Shown here in pieces: positions 1 through 10,737 of a stretch of 64,000 nucleotides of DNA; position 1 is the first letter of the stretch, and every line of letters begins with the position of its first letter. The notes beneath the pieces are model-generated. The model worked only from the letters and a program-made list of their open reading frames with translations, made no database searches and had not been told where the DNA came from. The position numbers and the translations under genes are program-made. Origin of the DNA: Obrimoposthia wandeli (Eukaryota); NCBI GenBank assembly GCA_977020255.1, contig CDROCS010001143.1:186001-250000 (forward strand), read 5' to 3'.

Positions 1-1
1 C

Positions 2-700
2 AAAATTCGAGCCTCTTTAGTGTGGATGTCAGAAACTGCGTTAAACATAGGTCAAACTTATGACATTAAACTATTAACGGGAAGAGTGGCGGGCGCTATT
101 ACCAATATAGTACATAAAACTGATATCAATACACTAGCTCATATTGCAGATTACAAACTCGCTTTAAATGAAACCGCACTGTGCGAAATACAATTTGAAC
201 GCCCTATTCTTGCAGACGCATATCGTCAATTACCAGCAACCGGCTCATTCATTATTATTGATAGGTTTAGTAATGCAACCATTGCAGCGGGTATGATTGA
301 ATCTGCAATACAACACAAAAGTGCACTGGATAAAATCGTTGCACAATCACAGTTCACTCATGTGCAAAAAGCACAGCGCTTTGGACAAAATCCTAGCATA
401 ATTTCTTTTAAAGCGGATAACCTGCAAAATATTGCCAAAGCTATTTATTCATTAGAGTGCAAATTAATTAACGCAGGCAGAGCAGTAGCAACACTTACCC
501 AATCGTCGATTAAACATAGTAAGTCAGCTATTAGCATCTCAGATGCCGCTAGTGTGTTAATAGAATCAGGCTTAATTGTTTTGTGTGAAGATGCTGCTAA
601 TTTACGCAGTGATGTTTGTTTTGATTTATCTGATGAACAGATAGATACACAAAAAATAGACATGCTGTTAAAAGCACTTACTGATCAGAATATTATTTAA
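2..700 (+). CDS. cysN: Sulfate adenylyltransferase large subunit, C-terminal part (5'-truncated by window edge), with degenerate APS-kinase-like tail
   Basis: Frame is open from base 2. LNET..CEI...PI..D.Y....TGSFIIIDR.SNATIAAGMI matches the CysN C-terminal barrel. Confidence 0.85.
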   Translation, partial: KIRASLVWMSETALNIGQTYDIKLLTGRVAGAITNIVHKTDINTLAHIADYKLALNETALCEIQFERPILADAYRQLPATGSFIIIDRFSNATIAAGMIESAIQHKSALDKIVAQSQFTHVQKAQRFGQNPSIISFKADNLQNIAKAIYSLECKLINAGRAVATLTQSSIKHSKSAISISDAASVLIESGLIVLCEDAANLRSDVCFDLSDEQIDTQKIDMLLKALTDQNII

Positions 701-1356
701 ACGCTTAAGCTTTGCTATACTCTTTAAGACTGTATCCCTCAAACGGATATCACTGAAAGATCTAGCAAAGCTTAACAATGTTCAATTGTATAGAAAATAA
801 GGATCTCTAAGAAAACTTCGCTATTTTCAGCTCTAATTAACTAAGCGTTATCTACTTCTATCTTTAGATTATTTCTATATAATAATTAGCTATAGAAGAT
901 TCGTCATTAATGATAATTTTTTATAGAAAAAAATCTTAATAGGCAATAAAATAGCCGCTTCAATAGATGAAGCACTATTGCTATTAGTACATCTATAATT
1001 TGACCAACATTAAATTACAGCTTAGCTTATTATCGAATAGAAATAAGCATTAAAGCGATACGACTATGTGACAGATAGTCCAAACATACTATGAGGCCTC
1101 AGCATAACTGCTGCGTTCAGTAACAAGGCGTTAAAGAACAGTTAACTTGCTCATTTTCATCAGTGCTACCCATAGACATGAGTAGACTGATAGAGCTAAT
1201 TAGCCGGTATTTCCCTTTCTTATTATCGCTCGCGACGTTTTGCAAAAGCCTCAAGATAAAGCAACAGGCATTTAGTTTATTGCTATTTTCGGTATTTCGT
1301 CGTCGAAAGCCTGATATTTATTTGCTTTTATATGTTTATTACTGGATGCATCTGTC

Positions 1357-1938
1357 ATGAGTGATTTTTTATTAATAATTGTTAGCACCGTTTTAGTTAA
1401 CAATTTTGTTTTAGTACAGTTTTTAGGCTTGTGCCCATTTATGGGTGTCTCCAATAAGTTGGAAACGGCTATGGGTATGTCTTTGGCCACTACTTTCGTA
1501 CTGACTATCTCTTCGGTATGTAGTTACTTAGTTCACGAATATTTACTCACCCCCTTTTCACTAGGTTACATGAAAACTATTGCCTTCATTTTAGTGATTG
1601 CTGTGGTGGTGCAATTTACAGAAATGGTGGTGCGCAAAACCAGCCCATTGCTGCACAAAGTACTAGGCATTTTTCTACCCCTTATTACCACTAACTGTGC
1701 TGTATTGGGCGTCGCGTTACTCAACATAAAAAAGATGAACAATTTTATGGAGTCTATCGTGTTTGGCTTTGGCGCCGCCCTTGGCTTCTCACTTGCGTTA
1801 ATACTCTTTTCAGCTATTCGTGAACGTATTGGTGTTGCCGATGTCCCGTCCCCTTTTAAAGGCGCCGCTGTTGGCATGGTAACTGCTGGCTTAATGTCCT
1901 TGGCTTTTTTAGGCTTTAGCGGCCTAGTACAGATTTAA
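1357..1938 (+). CDS. rsxA: Rnf/Rsx electron transport complex subunit A
   Basis: [19 protein letters not shown] and [12 protein letters not shown] motifs; 193 aa, hydrophobic. Confidence 0.97.
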   Translation: MSDFLLIIVSTVLVNNFVLVQFLGLCPFMGVSNKLETAMGMSLATTFVLTISSVCSYLVHEYLLTPFSLGYMKTIAFILVIAVVVQFTEMVVRKTSPLLHKVLGIFLPLITTNCAVLGVALLNIKKMNNFMESIVFGFGAALGFSLALILFSAIRERIGVADVPSPFKGAAVGMVTAGLMSLAFLGFSGLVQI

Positions 1939-1951
1939 CGGAGATAAGCTA

Positions 1952-2551
1952 ATGAGTATTATTATTGCCGTGGGTGTACTTTTGGGACTCGCCGTCATAT
2001 TTGGCATGATATTAGGTTTTTCTGCCATTAAATTTCATGTTGAAGGAAACCCAATTGTTAATCAAATTGACGCGATATTACCGCAAACGCAGTGCGGCCA
2101 ATGTGGTCACCCTGGCTGTCGACCTTATGCCGAAAGTATTGCTAATGGTGAAGCGATCAACAAGTGCCCCCCTGGTGGACAAGCAACTATTGAAGCACTA
2201 GCTAATTTATTAGATGTAGAAGTATTAGAACTTGATGGCGAGCATGATGAAAACCCCATTAAAACTGTCGCTTATATACGTGAAGATGAATGTATCGGTT
2301 GTACTAAATGCATTCAAGCATGCCCTGTGGATGCCATTTTAGGCGCTGCTAAGCAAATGCACACTGTTATTATAGATGAATGCACAGGTTGTGATTTATG
2401 TGTAGCGCCTTGCCCTGTTGATTGCATTGATATGCTACCACTTGCGACCAATATTACTAATTGGAAATGGCAAGCGCCAACGACTTATAGTGATCATTCT
2501 CATCAACTTATCGCTACTGATAAAAGAACTGCCGTGGAGCTAGAATCTTAA
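1952..2551 (+). CDS. rsxB: Rnf/Rsx subunit B (ferredoxin-like)
   Basis: [14 protein letters not shown] and two CxxCxxCxxxCP clusters. Confidence 0.97.
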   Translation: MSIIIAVGVLLGLAVIFGMILGFSAIKFHVEGNPIVNQIDAILPQTQCGQCGHPGCRPYAESIANGEAINKCPPGGQATIEALANLLDVEVLELDGEHDENPIKTVAYIREDECIGCTKCIQACPVDAILGAAKQMHTVIIDECTGCDLCVAPCPVDCIDMLPLATNITNWKWQAPTTYSDHSHQLIATDKRTAVELES

Positions 2552-5199
2552 TGGGTAAAGTTTTCGCATTTCACGGTGGAATCCACCCTCCCGAAAATAA
2601 ACATCAATCTACTCAATGCCCAATTGCTATTGCCCCTTTAGCTAAAACGTTGAATGTACCCGTGCAACAACATATAGGCGCCCCCGCAAAAGCATGTGTC
2701 AATATCGGCGATAAGGTACTTAAAGGCCAGCGTATAGCTGACGCTCAAGGTAAATTTAGCGTTCCAGTTCACGCCCCTTCATCCGGCATCATCAAAGCGA
2801 TCGCTGAACACCCTGTCCCACATCCATCAGGGATGCCTGCACTTTGTATTAGTATTGAAACCGATGGCTTAGATGAATGGATAGAGCATACTGGCTTAGA
2901 AGATTTTCGCAGCTTAAGTAAAGATCAATTGATCGACTATATTCGCGACCGGGGTATTGCGGGCATGGGTGGTGCTGGTTTTCCTACCGCCGTTAAATTA
3001 CATTTAGGCGATGATCATATTGTTAACACCCTTATTATCAACGCCGCTGAATGCGAGCCTTATATTTCAGCAGACGATTTATTAATGCGTGAGCGCGCAT
3101 CACACATAATTTCTGGTATTGATGTTTTACAATATTTATTAGCACCTAGTCACATCATCATTGGTATTGAAGATAATAAGCCACAAGCAATTCGCGCCTT
3201 AGAAGTGGCTATTCTAAGCTGTAAATACAATATAGATGTGGTTGGCATCCCTACTAAATATCCTTCAGGTGGCGAAAAACAACTTATACAGCTACTGACA
3301 AATGTTGAAGTACCTAACGGCGGGATTCCCGCTGATGTCGGGATTGTTTGCCAAAATGTAGGGACTGTTTATGCCATTCACCAAGCAGTGTCGCATGGTG
3401 AATCTCTTATTAGCCGAGTTGTCACTGTTACTGGTGACGGTGTGGCAAAACCGCAGAATTATCAAACCTTAATAGGAACCCCTTTTTCGCTATTATTAGA
3501 AGCTGCGGGCATGTATACACAAAAAACCAGCCGTTTAATTGTTGGCGGTCCTATGATGGGCTTTAGTATCGACAAGCTTGATACGCCAGTGGTAAAAACC
3601 ACCAACTGTATTATTGCTGCCACAGCAACCGAAATGCCGGCACCAGAACCTGCACAAGCTTGCATTCGTTGTGGATTGTGCGAGCAAGTGTGCCCTGTGC
3701 AACTGCTACCTCAACAATTACATTGGTTTGCTAAAGGGCAAGAGTATCAAAAAGCACTACAACACAACCTTTTTGATTGTATTGAATGTGGCGCTTGCTC
3801 TTATGTTTGTCCAAGTAACATTCCGCTGGTGCAATATTATCGTCACGCTAAAGCTAGCATTCGTGAAGAACAACAAGAAAAACGCAAATCCGATATAGCT
3901 AGAGAGCGTTTTGAAGCAAAACAAGATAGAGAGCAACGTGCTGTTGACGAAAAAGCCGCTAAACGTAAAGCTCGAGCTGAACAAGCTGCCAAAGCACAAG
4001 CCGAAAAACAGGCCATTGAAAAAGCACCGCTACTAACCCCAAAATTACAGCTCGTTAGTTTACAAAATGCTTTGAAAACAGCTGATTTGGCTGTTTTAAC
4101 CGCGCAACAAAAACTCACAAATCTAACCCCACAAGGAAATAGCGCAAATCTTGATTTATGTAATTTGCAATTACAAACCGCCAAAAAACAAGTAGAGCAA
4201 GCCAAACAAGCTCTCGAAAACTTTGAGCTGGAAAAAGAAACATCTACTATTGATACCAAAAAATTAAAAATCACTGCTGCACAAGCTAATACAAAATTGC
4301 TAAAAGCCAAGCAGGCACTAAAAGCAGCGATTGTAAAAAGCCAACCTGGAATCGAGCAATTAGAATCCACCATTTCGCAACTTGAGAGCGAGGCTGCTAG
4401 CGCAACAGCAACTTATATTGCAGCTACACAGGAACCTTCAGTTACTGATAAAGCAACGGTAACCGATGCTGCCCCTATTGCAGAACAGACGTTAGCAGCC
4501 ACTATTAAACCTGCCATTATAGATAGTAAAAAGTTAAAAATTGCCGCGGCAATTGTGCGCGCTAAATTGAAGAAATCTCAAACTCAAATAGCACTGTTAG
4601 GCGAGCAACAATCCGCACAACCTGACTATCAAAAGCTCGAGCAAGATATTGCCAACTTGCAGCAAAAGCTCATAACAGCTGAACAAGAATACCAACATTC
4701 AATCGTCTCTCAACCCGAGCAAGAGAACCCTGCATCAGCGGTACCTTTAGGAAAAGTTATCCCTGTGCAATCCCCAGCAGCCATTATTGCAGATAACAAA
4801 AAACTTAAAACGATTGCTGCAATTGCGCGCACCAAAGCTAAAAAGGCGCAAAGTGAGCTGGATAAGTTAATTGAATCAGGTGAGAAAGATAGCTTAGTAG
4901 CACAACAACTGACTGTAGATTTAATAATACTCAATGCAAAAGTACTAAGTACACAAAACACTTATCAAACAGCTAAAAACGCTACGCCCAACAACACTGA
5001 AGATAATAGCGGGCAGCTGCAAGCCAACTTTGATAAAGCACAAAACTTGTACCAAAAAGCCAGTGTAGCACTCATTAAAGCGCAAGCAGATAACAGCCCT
5101 GCAGTCGAAAAAATGAAAACCAGCATTGCTAAATTGAAATCAAGAGTAGACAGCGCGCAAAATGCTTTAACTGCCTCTTCCAGTAATAATCAGGAATAA
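2551..5199 (+). CDS. rsxC: Rnf/Rsx subunit C with long repetitive helical C-terminal extension
   Basis: GIAGMGGAGFPT, NAAECEPYI and CIRCGLC/CIECGAC motifs; 882 aa. Confidence 0.96.
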   Translation: MGKVFAFHGGIHPPENKHQSTQCPIAIAPLAKTLNVPVQQHIGAPAKACVNIGDKVLKGQRIADAQGKFSVPVHAPSSGIIKAIAEHPVPHPSGMPALCISIETDGLDEWIEHTGLEDFRSLSKDQLIDYIRDRGIAGMGGAGFPTAVKLHLGDDHIVNTLIINAAECEPYISADDLLMRERASHIISGIDVLQYLLAPSHIIIGIEDNKPQAIRALEVAILSCKYNIDVVGIPTKYPSGGEKQLIQLLTNVEVPNGGIPADVGIVCQNVGTVYAIHQAVSHGESLISRVVTVTGDGVAKPQNYQTLIGTPFSLLLEAAGMYTQKTSRLIVGGPMMGFSIDKLDTPVVKTTNCIIAATATEMPAPEPAQACIRCGLCEQVCPVQLLPQQLHWFAKGQEYQKALQHNLFDCIECGACSYVCPSNIPLVQYYRHAKASIREEQQEKRKSDIARERFEAKQDREQRAVDEKAAKRKARAEQAAKAQAEKQAIEKAPLLTPKLQLVSLQNALKTADLAVLTAQQKLTNLTPQGNSANLDLCNLQLQTAKKQVEQAKQALENFELEKETSTIDTKKLKITAAQANTKLLKAKQALKAAIVKSQPGIEQLESTISQLESEAASATATYIAATQEPSVTDKATVTDAAPIAEQTLAATIKPAIIDSKKLKIAAAIVRAKLKKSQTQIALLGEQQSAQPDYQKLEQDIANLQQKLITAEQEYQHSIVSQPEQENPASAVPLGKVIPVQSPAAIIADNKKLKTIAAIARTKAKKAQSELDKLIESGEKDSLVAQQLTVDLIILNAKVLSTQNTYQTAKNATPNNTEDNSGQLQANFDKAQNLYQKASVALIKAQADNSPAVEKMKTSIAKLKSRVDSAQNALTASSSNNQE
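4249..5058 (+). repeat. Three ~90-aa protein repeats in the RsxC tail
   Basis: IDTKKLKITAA, IDSKKLKIAAA and ADNKKLKTIAA start at 4249, 4519 and 4789, exactly 270 bp apart. The end coordinate is inferred from that period. Confidence 0.85.
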
Positions 5200-5202
5200 A
5201 TC

Positions 5203-6279
5203 ATGGCCTTTATTAAAATCACCTCACCCCATGTGCAGCGCCCCACGAAAACAGCTGACATTATGCGTTTAGTGATCATCGCCACCTTGCCTGGTTTGAT
5301 TGCAATGACGTTTTTCTTTGGTTGGGGAACGCTCATTAACATGGTTTTAGCTTCAATTACGGCATTACTTTGTGAAGCCGCCTGTATAAAGCTGCGCCAA
5401 CGCCCGGTACTTTTTTACCTCAAAGATAACAGCGCATTACTCACCGCTATATTATTAGCGCTCGCGCTGCCACCTTTTGCACCTTGGTGGGTAACGGTAA
5501 CAGGAGTATTTGCTGCCATCGTGATCGCCAAACATATTTACGGTGGTTTAGGGCAAAACCCGTTTAACCCAGCTATGGTGGGTTACGCGTTATTACTAGT
5601 GTCTTTCCCAGTGGAAATGACACGCTGGACCGCACCTTTTGATTTAAGTGCGAATACATGGAACATTCTAGGCTTTAGCGATACCTTAAACATCATTTTT
5701 GTCACTGCCAGTGAAACTAATCAAATCTCTGCCTTGCTTGATGCCTACACTGGCGCAACCCCGTTAGATATCTTAAAACATCGCAACGGCTTAACCACCG
5801 AAGAAGTTTGGCAAACCAGTACTGTGATGAGTAATGTAGGTGCTTGGTATGCGGTGAGCTTATGTTATTTTGTTGGTGGTATATTCTTAATCTACCGCAA
5901 GATATTTACCTGGCATACACCTATTACCTTACTGGCAACGCTAGCAATTATCTCAGCGATATTTTTTGCTATAGACCCTGACAGCTACGCAGATCCACTG
6001 ATCCACTTAACAACTGGAGCCACGATGTTAGGTGCATTCTTTATAGCCACTGACCCTGTTACAAGCGCCACCAGCAACCGAGGTAAAATTGTTTTTGCAG
6101 CGGGCATTGCACTACTAATCTTCGTCATTCGGACTTGGGGGAACTATCCAGATGCTATGGCCTTTGCCGTAATGATTATGAATTTGAGTGCCCCTTTTAT
6201 AGATCAATATACCCAACCGAGAAGTTACGGTCATAAACGCGCTAAACAGCCTATGCTTAAAAGAAGTGACACTAAATGA
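5203..6279 (+). CDS. rsxD: Rnf/Rsx subunit D
   Basis: KHIYGGLGQNPFNPAMVG, DAYTGATPL (FMN-Thr) and FFIATDPVTS motifs. Confidence 0.97.
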   Translation: MAFIKITSPHVQRPTKTADIMRLVIIATLPGLIAMTFFFGWGTLINMVLASITALLCEAACIKLRQRPVLFYLKDNSALLTAILLALALPPFAPWWVTVTGVFAAIVIAKHIYGGLGQNPFNPAMVGYALLLVSFPVEMTRWTAPFDLSANTWNILGFSDTLNIIFVTASETNQISALLDAYTGATPLDILKHRNGLTTEEVWQTSTVMSNVGAWYAVSLCYFVGGIFLIYRKIFTWHTPITLLATLAIISAIFFAIDPDSYADPLIHLTTGATMLGAFFIATDPVTSATSNRGKIVFAAGIALLIFVIRTWGNYPDAMAFAVMIMNLSAPFIDQYTQPRSYGHKRAKQPMLKRSDTK

Positions 6280-6929
6280 ACATGTTAAGCTCTTTGAAAA
6301 CAAATGTACTAGGCATTAGTGTTTTTGCACTCATTACCGCACTACTTATAGCGGTGACTTTTGTGTTAACCAAAGATTCAATTGCCAGTAATATCAAACA
6401 ACAAAAATCGGCTAAGCTTTTTGAAATAGTCGGTACTACCGAGTTTAATAATGATGTTTTTGAACAAACCATTGAATTGAATGGCGCTCCCTTTGGCCAC
6501 ATAAAAAACATAACCGCATATATAGCCATGCAAGGTACTAAAATTCAAACCGTTATATTTCCGGTATTAACTGCGCACGGCTACTCAGGGGATATCAGCT
6601 TACTAGTTGGCGTTAATGCAGATACCAGTATTGCGGGCGTTAGAGTTATAAGTCACACTGAAACACCGGGACTTGGCGATAAGCTAGAATTAAAAAAATC
6701 GCCTTGGCTACTGAGTTTTAACCAGCAAAAGAAGCAAGTAAATAACACTTGGGCTGTCAAAAAGGATGGTGGTGAGTTTGATCAATTTACCGGTGCGACG
6801 ATTACCCCTAGAGCGGTCGTTAATGCTGTAGGAGGAGTACTGGATTATGTTAACGCAAATCAGCAACAACTTTTTAGCGCTAAAATCAGAACTGAAATCA
6901 ATACACAAACCAGTACTCAAAACCAATAA
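6276..6929 (+). CDS. rsxG: Rnf/Rsx subunit G
   Basis: GYSGDI, HTETPGLGD and FDQFTGATITPRAV motifs. Confidence 0.96.
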   Translation: MNMLSSLKTNVLGISVFALITALLIAVTFVLTKDSIASNIKQQKSAKLFEIVGTTEFNNDVFEQTIELNGAPFGHIKNITAYIAMQGTKIQTVIFPVLTAHGYSGDISLLVGVNADTSIAGVRVISHTETPGLGDKLELKKSPWLLSFNQQKKQVNNTWAVKKDGGEFDQFTGATITPRAVVNAVGGVLDYVNANQQQLFSAKIRTEINTQTSTQNQ

Positions 6930-6971
6930 TATAAACCCTTTTGAAAAGATACGTAGCCGGAGTCGTCACTA

Positions 6972-7676
6972 ATGCCCACCAATTATAAAGAGCTAACTTT
7001 CAACGGCTTGTGGAAGAACAATCCCGCGCTAGTGCAACTACTCGGCCTTTGTCCTCTATTAGCTGTTACCGCCTCAGTGGTAAATGCTCTGAGCTTAGGT
7101 GTGGCCAGCATGCTAGTACTCATCGGTTCTAACTTTGCAGTATCGGTGTTTCGTAACTTTATTCCAAGTGCTGTGCGCTTGCCCATTTATGTCATGATCA
7201 TTGCAGCTTTAGTCACTTCCATTGAGCTAGCAATGCAAGCATTAACTTATGAACTGTATTTAATACTCGGTATTTTCATTCCATTAATAGTGACTAACTG
7301 CATTATTATGGGTCGCGCTGAAGCGTTTGCGGCTAAAAATCATGTATTAGCAGCACTTTACGATGGTTTTATAATGGGATTAGGATTCACTCTCGTTTTG
7401 GCTCTTTTGGGTGCTATACGTGAAATTTTAGGCACCGGTATTCTATTCGCTGATATGGACTTGCTCTTCGGTGATTTTGCCAGTAGCTGGGAATGGGTGA
7501 TCTTTGAAGACTATCCTGGCTTTTTATTTGCTATTTTACCGCCAGGCGCTTTTGTTGGACTCGGGATTATTATTGCTTTAAAAAACTTTTTCGATCAACG
7601 TAATATTAGTAAAAGCAGCTCTAGAGAAAGCACCGAACAGCCACTTATAATCTCGCCAATTAACAACAAAGCATGA
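6972..7676 (+). CDS. rsxE: Rnf/Rsx subunit E
   Basis: [25 protein letters not shown] and LPPGAF motifs. Confidence 0.97.
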   Translation: MPTNYKELTFNGLWKNNPALVQLLGLCPLLAVTASVVNALSLGVASMLVLIGSNFAVSVFRNFIPSAVRLPIYVMIIAALVTSIELAMQALTYELYLILGIFIPLIVTNCIIMGRAEAFAAKNHVLAALYDGFIMGLGFTLVLALLGAIREILGTGILFADMDLLFGDFASSWEWVIFEDYPGFLFAILPPGAFVGLGIIIALKNFFDQRNISKSSSRESTEQPLIISPINNKA

Positions 7677-7849
7677 ACTCTAATTTAAACTTAAAGCAGC
7701 ACACAAAGAGCTAAGTATCAATAACATAAAAAAGTTGATACGCGACAATCAACCGCCCATTTTTTAAGATAAGTCAGTTGATAAATTAGCTTTTTCTGCT
7801 CTTTTTGTCTAAACTAATCCTCAACATTAATTAATTATAAGAATATAAC

Positions 7850-8875
7850 TTGAAGCCATCATTTAAAATTACGATTTGTGATGATTCCCGCTTAGCCCAG
7901 CGGCAATTATCACAGGCAATTAAAGATTGGGACGCCCAAGTTACCTTCGCCGATAACGGTATTGAAGCCATTACGGCTATTAAGAATAATCAAGCTGACT
8001 TATTATTTCTAGATTTGAATATGCCCGTCATGAATGGCTATCAAGTTTTAGAACAAATTCGAGAAGAAGATCTGCCCACCCTCGTCATTGTTGTCTCTGG
8101 TGATATTCAAAATAAAGCTCTAATAAAAGTAACAGATCTTGGGGCTATCGCCTTCATCACCAAGCCTATTCGCCTTAAAGACTTGAACGCTATTGTTGAT
8201 GAGTTTGGGCTCTCTAGCCAGATAAGTATTAAAGCAAGCACTGACGACAATAACAACGATACAGTAACAAAATTCAATATCCGTCCATCGCAGGAAGAAC
8301 GCTTTCAAGAAACCGCTAATATAGCGATGGGTAAAACCGCGAAAAGGCTATCTGAGTTATTCGATATTTTTATTAATCTTTCAGTGCCTAAAGTAAATCT
8401 GATTACCTATAGCGAACTTTATATGGTAATTAAAGACAGTGGCAGCAAGGATTTTACCGCTACAATAAGCCAAGGCTTTGTTGCCAGTGGTATTAGCGGC
8501 GAATCTATTTTGATTGTTGATAAATCAGGCTTGCCTTATATTTCAAAAATATTAGGTTTTTCCTCTGAAATAGATGCAGAGCTAGAGAAAGATATTTTAG
8601 TTTATCTAGCCGGCTTGCTAAGTAGCTCCTTCATTGAAACATATTTCCAGCAAATAGGCATTCAACACATCAACCAAGGCATCCCCTCCTTTATCGATTT
8701 CAAAGGCCAATTAGATCACTTGCTCGAAGAAAGCGCGCAGCAACAAATACTCTCAATTGAAGTGACTTATAGCATTCCTGAATATGACATTCACTGCGAT
8801 TTATTACTAGCTTTTACACTCGATTCAATTGAACCAATGAGTCAACGTTCGGAGCTGTTTTCATGGACACTTTAA
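7850..8875 (+). CDS. Response regulator with C-terminal CheC-like domain
   Basis: REC motifs CDDS, LDLNMP, VSG and KP. C-terminal QETANIAMGKTAKRLSELF..FINLSVP resembles a CheC helix motif. Confidence 0.85.
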   Translation: MKPSFKITICDDSRLAQRQLSQAIKDWDAQVTFADNGIEAITAIKNNQADLLFLDLNMPVMNGYQVLEQIREEDLPTLVIVVSGDIQNKALIKVTDLGAIAFITKPIRLKDLNAIVDEFGLSSQISIKASTDDNNNDTVTKFNIRPSQEERFQETANIAMGKTAKRLSELFDIFINLSVPKVNLITYSELYMVIKDSGSKDFTATISQGFVASGISGESILIVDKSGLPYISKILGFSSEIDAELEKDILVYLAGLLSSSFIETYFQQIGIQHINQGIPSFIDFKGQLDHLLEESAQQQILSIEVTYSIPEYDIHCDLLLAFTLDSIEPMSQRSELFSWTL

Positions 8876-9825
8876 TGCCTTCACAATTTGAGCCTCAACA
8901 ACAGCTAGAGCTGTTACAGTTTCTCGACATTGGCTTAATAGTGATCAACACAGATTTAGATATCAAATTGTGGAATGGTTTTATGATTAACCATACGACG
9001 ATAGATGCACAAGAAGCCTTAAATCAGATGCTATTCGATGTTTGCCCAAATATAGCCGAAGATTATTTACGCCGTAAAATTCAATCGGTCATTACTCTAC
9101 AAAGTTCGTTAACCATCACATGGCAACAGCGCCCATTTCTATTCAAAATGAATAGTTATAGACCCATTACTAGCCAAGCTGAGTTTATGTACCAGAACAT
9201 TCGCATCATGCCAATTATGAATGCCAATGCTATTATTGATCATATTGCGATTGTTATTTACGATGTAACGGATGCCGCTAGAGCACAACTGAGTTTTAAA
9301 GAAAAAAATGATGAGCTGAAGCTTTCAAGTCGTATTGATCCTCTTACTAAAATATACAACCGTGGCTACTGGGAAAGCAGACTCGAAGATGAGTTTAAGC
9401 GTTACTCTAGAACTAGCTCCCCTTCAGTGCTCATAATGCTCGATATAGATCATTTCAAAAATGTTAATGACACCTATGGCCATCAAGGTGGGGACGCCGT
9501 TCTGCGCCGACTAGGGGAGCTGTTAAAGAAGCAATATCGTCTTACTGACATTATCGGTCGTTACGGCGGTGAAGAGTTTGGTATTCTATTACTTGATACC
9601 ACAACTGAACAGGCGCTCTCACTCGCTAACGGTTTAAAAGAAGAGCTTTTAAACGACACTATCACTCATGATAAAAAAGTGATTAAAATCACGTTAAGTT
9701 TTGGTATCACTGAAATTTCAAGTGAATTTAACCGCCATGATCAATGGATAGATATGGCAGATAAAGCACTCTATCAATCCAAACAAAATGGCCGTGATCA
9801 AGCCACTGTCCTCAACTGCAGCTAA
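8863..9825 (+). CDS. PAS-like domain diguanylate cyclase
   Basis: DPLTKIYNR, DIDHFKNVNDTYGH, RYGGEEF active site and RLTD I-site; overlaps the upstream gene. Confidence 0.92.
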   Translation: MDTLMPSQFEPQQQLELLQFLDIGLIVINTDLDIKLWNGFMINHTTIDAQEALNQMLFDVCPNIAEDYLRRKIQSVITLQSSLTITWQQRPFLFKMNSYRPITSQAEFMYQNIRIMPIMNANAIIDHIAIVIYDVTDAARAQLSFKEKNDELKLSSRIDPLTKIYNRGYWESRLEDEFKRYSRTSSPSVLIMLDIDHFKNVNDTYGHQGGDAVLRRLGELLKKQYRLTDIIGRYGGEEFGILLLDTTTEQALSLANGLKEELLNDTITHDKKVIKITLSFGITEISSEFNRHDQWIDMADKALYQSKQNGRDQATVLNCS

Positions 9826-10440
9826 GTTAGTTTTATTCGGCTTCGACATCGTTTTGAACAATCAACCTGCAAAACGATAACGACCTTTATTAGCTACAAC
9901 TTTTCTTGATAATTTATTACATTTATAAAATCAGAATTGCCCTATCTTCAATCCGCTAAAAAAATAAATTAATCAATAAATATGCAAAAAGTTATAGCTA
10001 AAAATATTATTCATTTTCAATGCAAATCACAGCTAGCTAGTTGAAACCCTTAATGATAACTGTGGATTGTTTATTGGATAACTTTTCAATAATAATTAAT
10101 TGCATATAGCAAACAATTACGCTTTTTTATCCGGTAAATATAATATTGAAATTAATATTACTTACTTTCAAGTACCTACTAAAAATATCAGCCACTTAAA
10201 TGCGCAGCTAGCAATACAACTAGCAATTGAGATGAGGAATATATTATTGTGGATTGTTTTTAAAATAGTTAAAAGTAAGACATTATTTATGTGTAAGTTT
10301 AATATGAAAAAATACAGGTTAGATAACTAATGTGTAAATAAACTCATTATGTTTTTCATGACCTTTATATGATCACAACATTGGGCAATCCACGCTAAAG
10401 ATCTCATTCTTATCTGACTCTAAGCTTGACTGAGTAGCAC

Positions 10441-10737
10441 TTACTCATCAGGTAATTCTAATTCAATGTGAGTTTTGGGGATGCAAATACAAGTTAAAAC
10501 TTCGTCCTCTTTAAGGTCGACCATGCCCTCATCTATGTATTTAACTTCCCCCTGCAATAATCGCACTTTACAACAACCGCAGTATCCGCCGCGACAATTA
10601 TAGGGAGCTGATATATCTTGCGCTTCTAAAGAGTCTAATAAGCTAGGCTCATGCTGATAATAAAACGTTTGATTTCCCACTTTAATTCTGGGTATTCCCA
10701 TGCTTTTTTGAGACGTTTTATTTGCAGAACTACTCAA
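10441..10737 (-). CDS. yfaE: 2Fe-2S ferredoxin YfaE
   Basis: [10 protein letters not shown]...CIC motif; directly downstream of nrdB. Confidence 0.92.
   Translation of the reverse strand: MSSSANKTSQKSMGIPRIKVGNQTFYYQHEPSLLDSLEAQDISAPYNCRGGYCGCCKVRLLQGEVKYIDEGMVDLKEDEVLTCICIPKTHIELELPDE

Noticed and set aside
1163-1360. 65-aa ORF ending at the rsxA start
   Set aside because: GTG start, no clear RBS and no motif; probably a chance ORF.
10100-10330. 76-aa ORF in the DGC-yfaE gap
   Set aside because: TTG start, very AT-rich and no recognisable domain.
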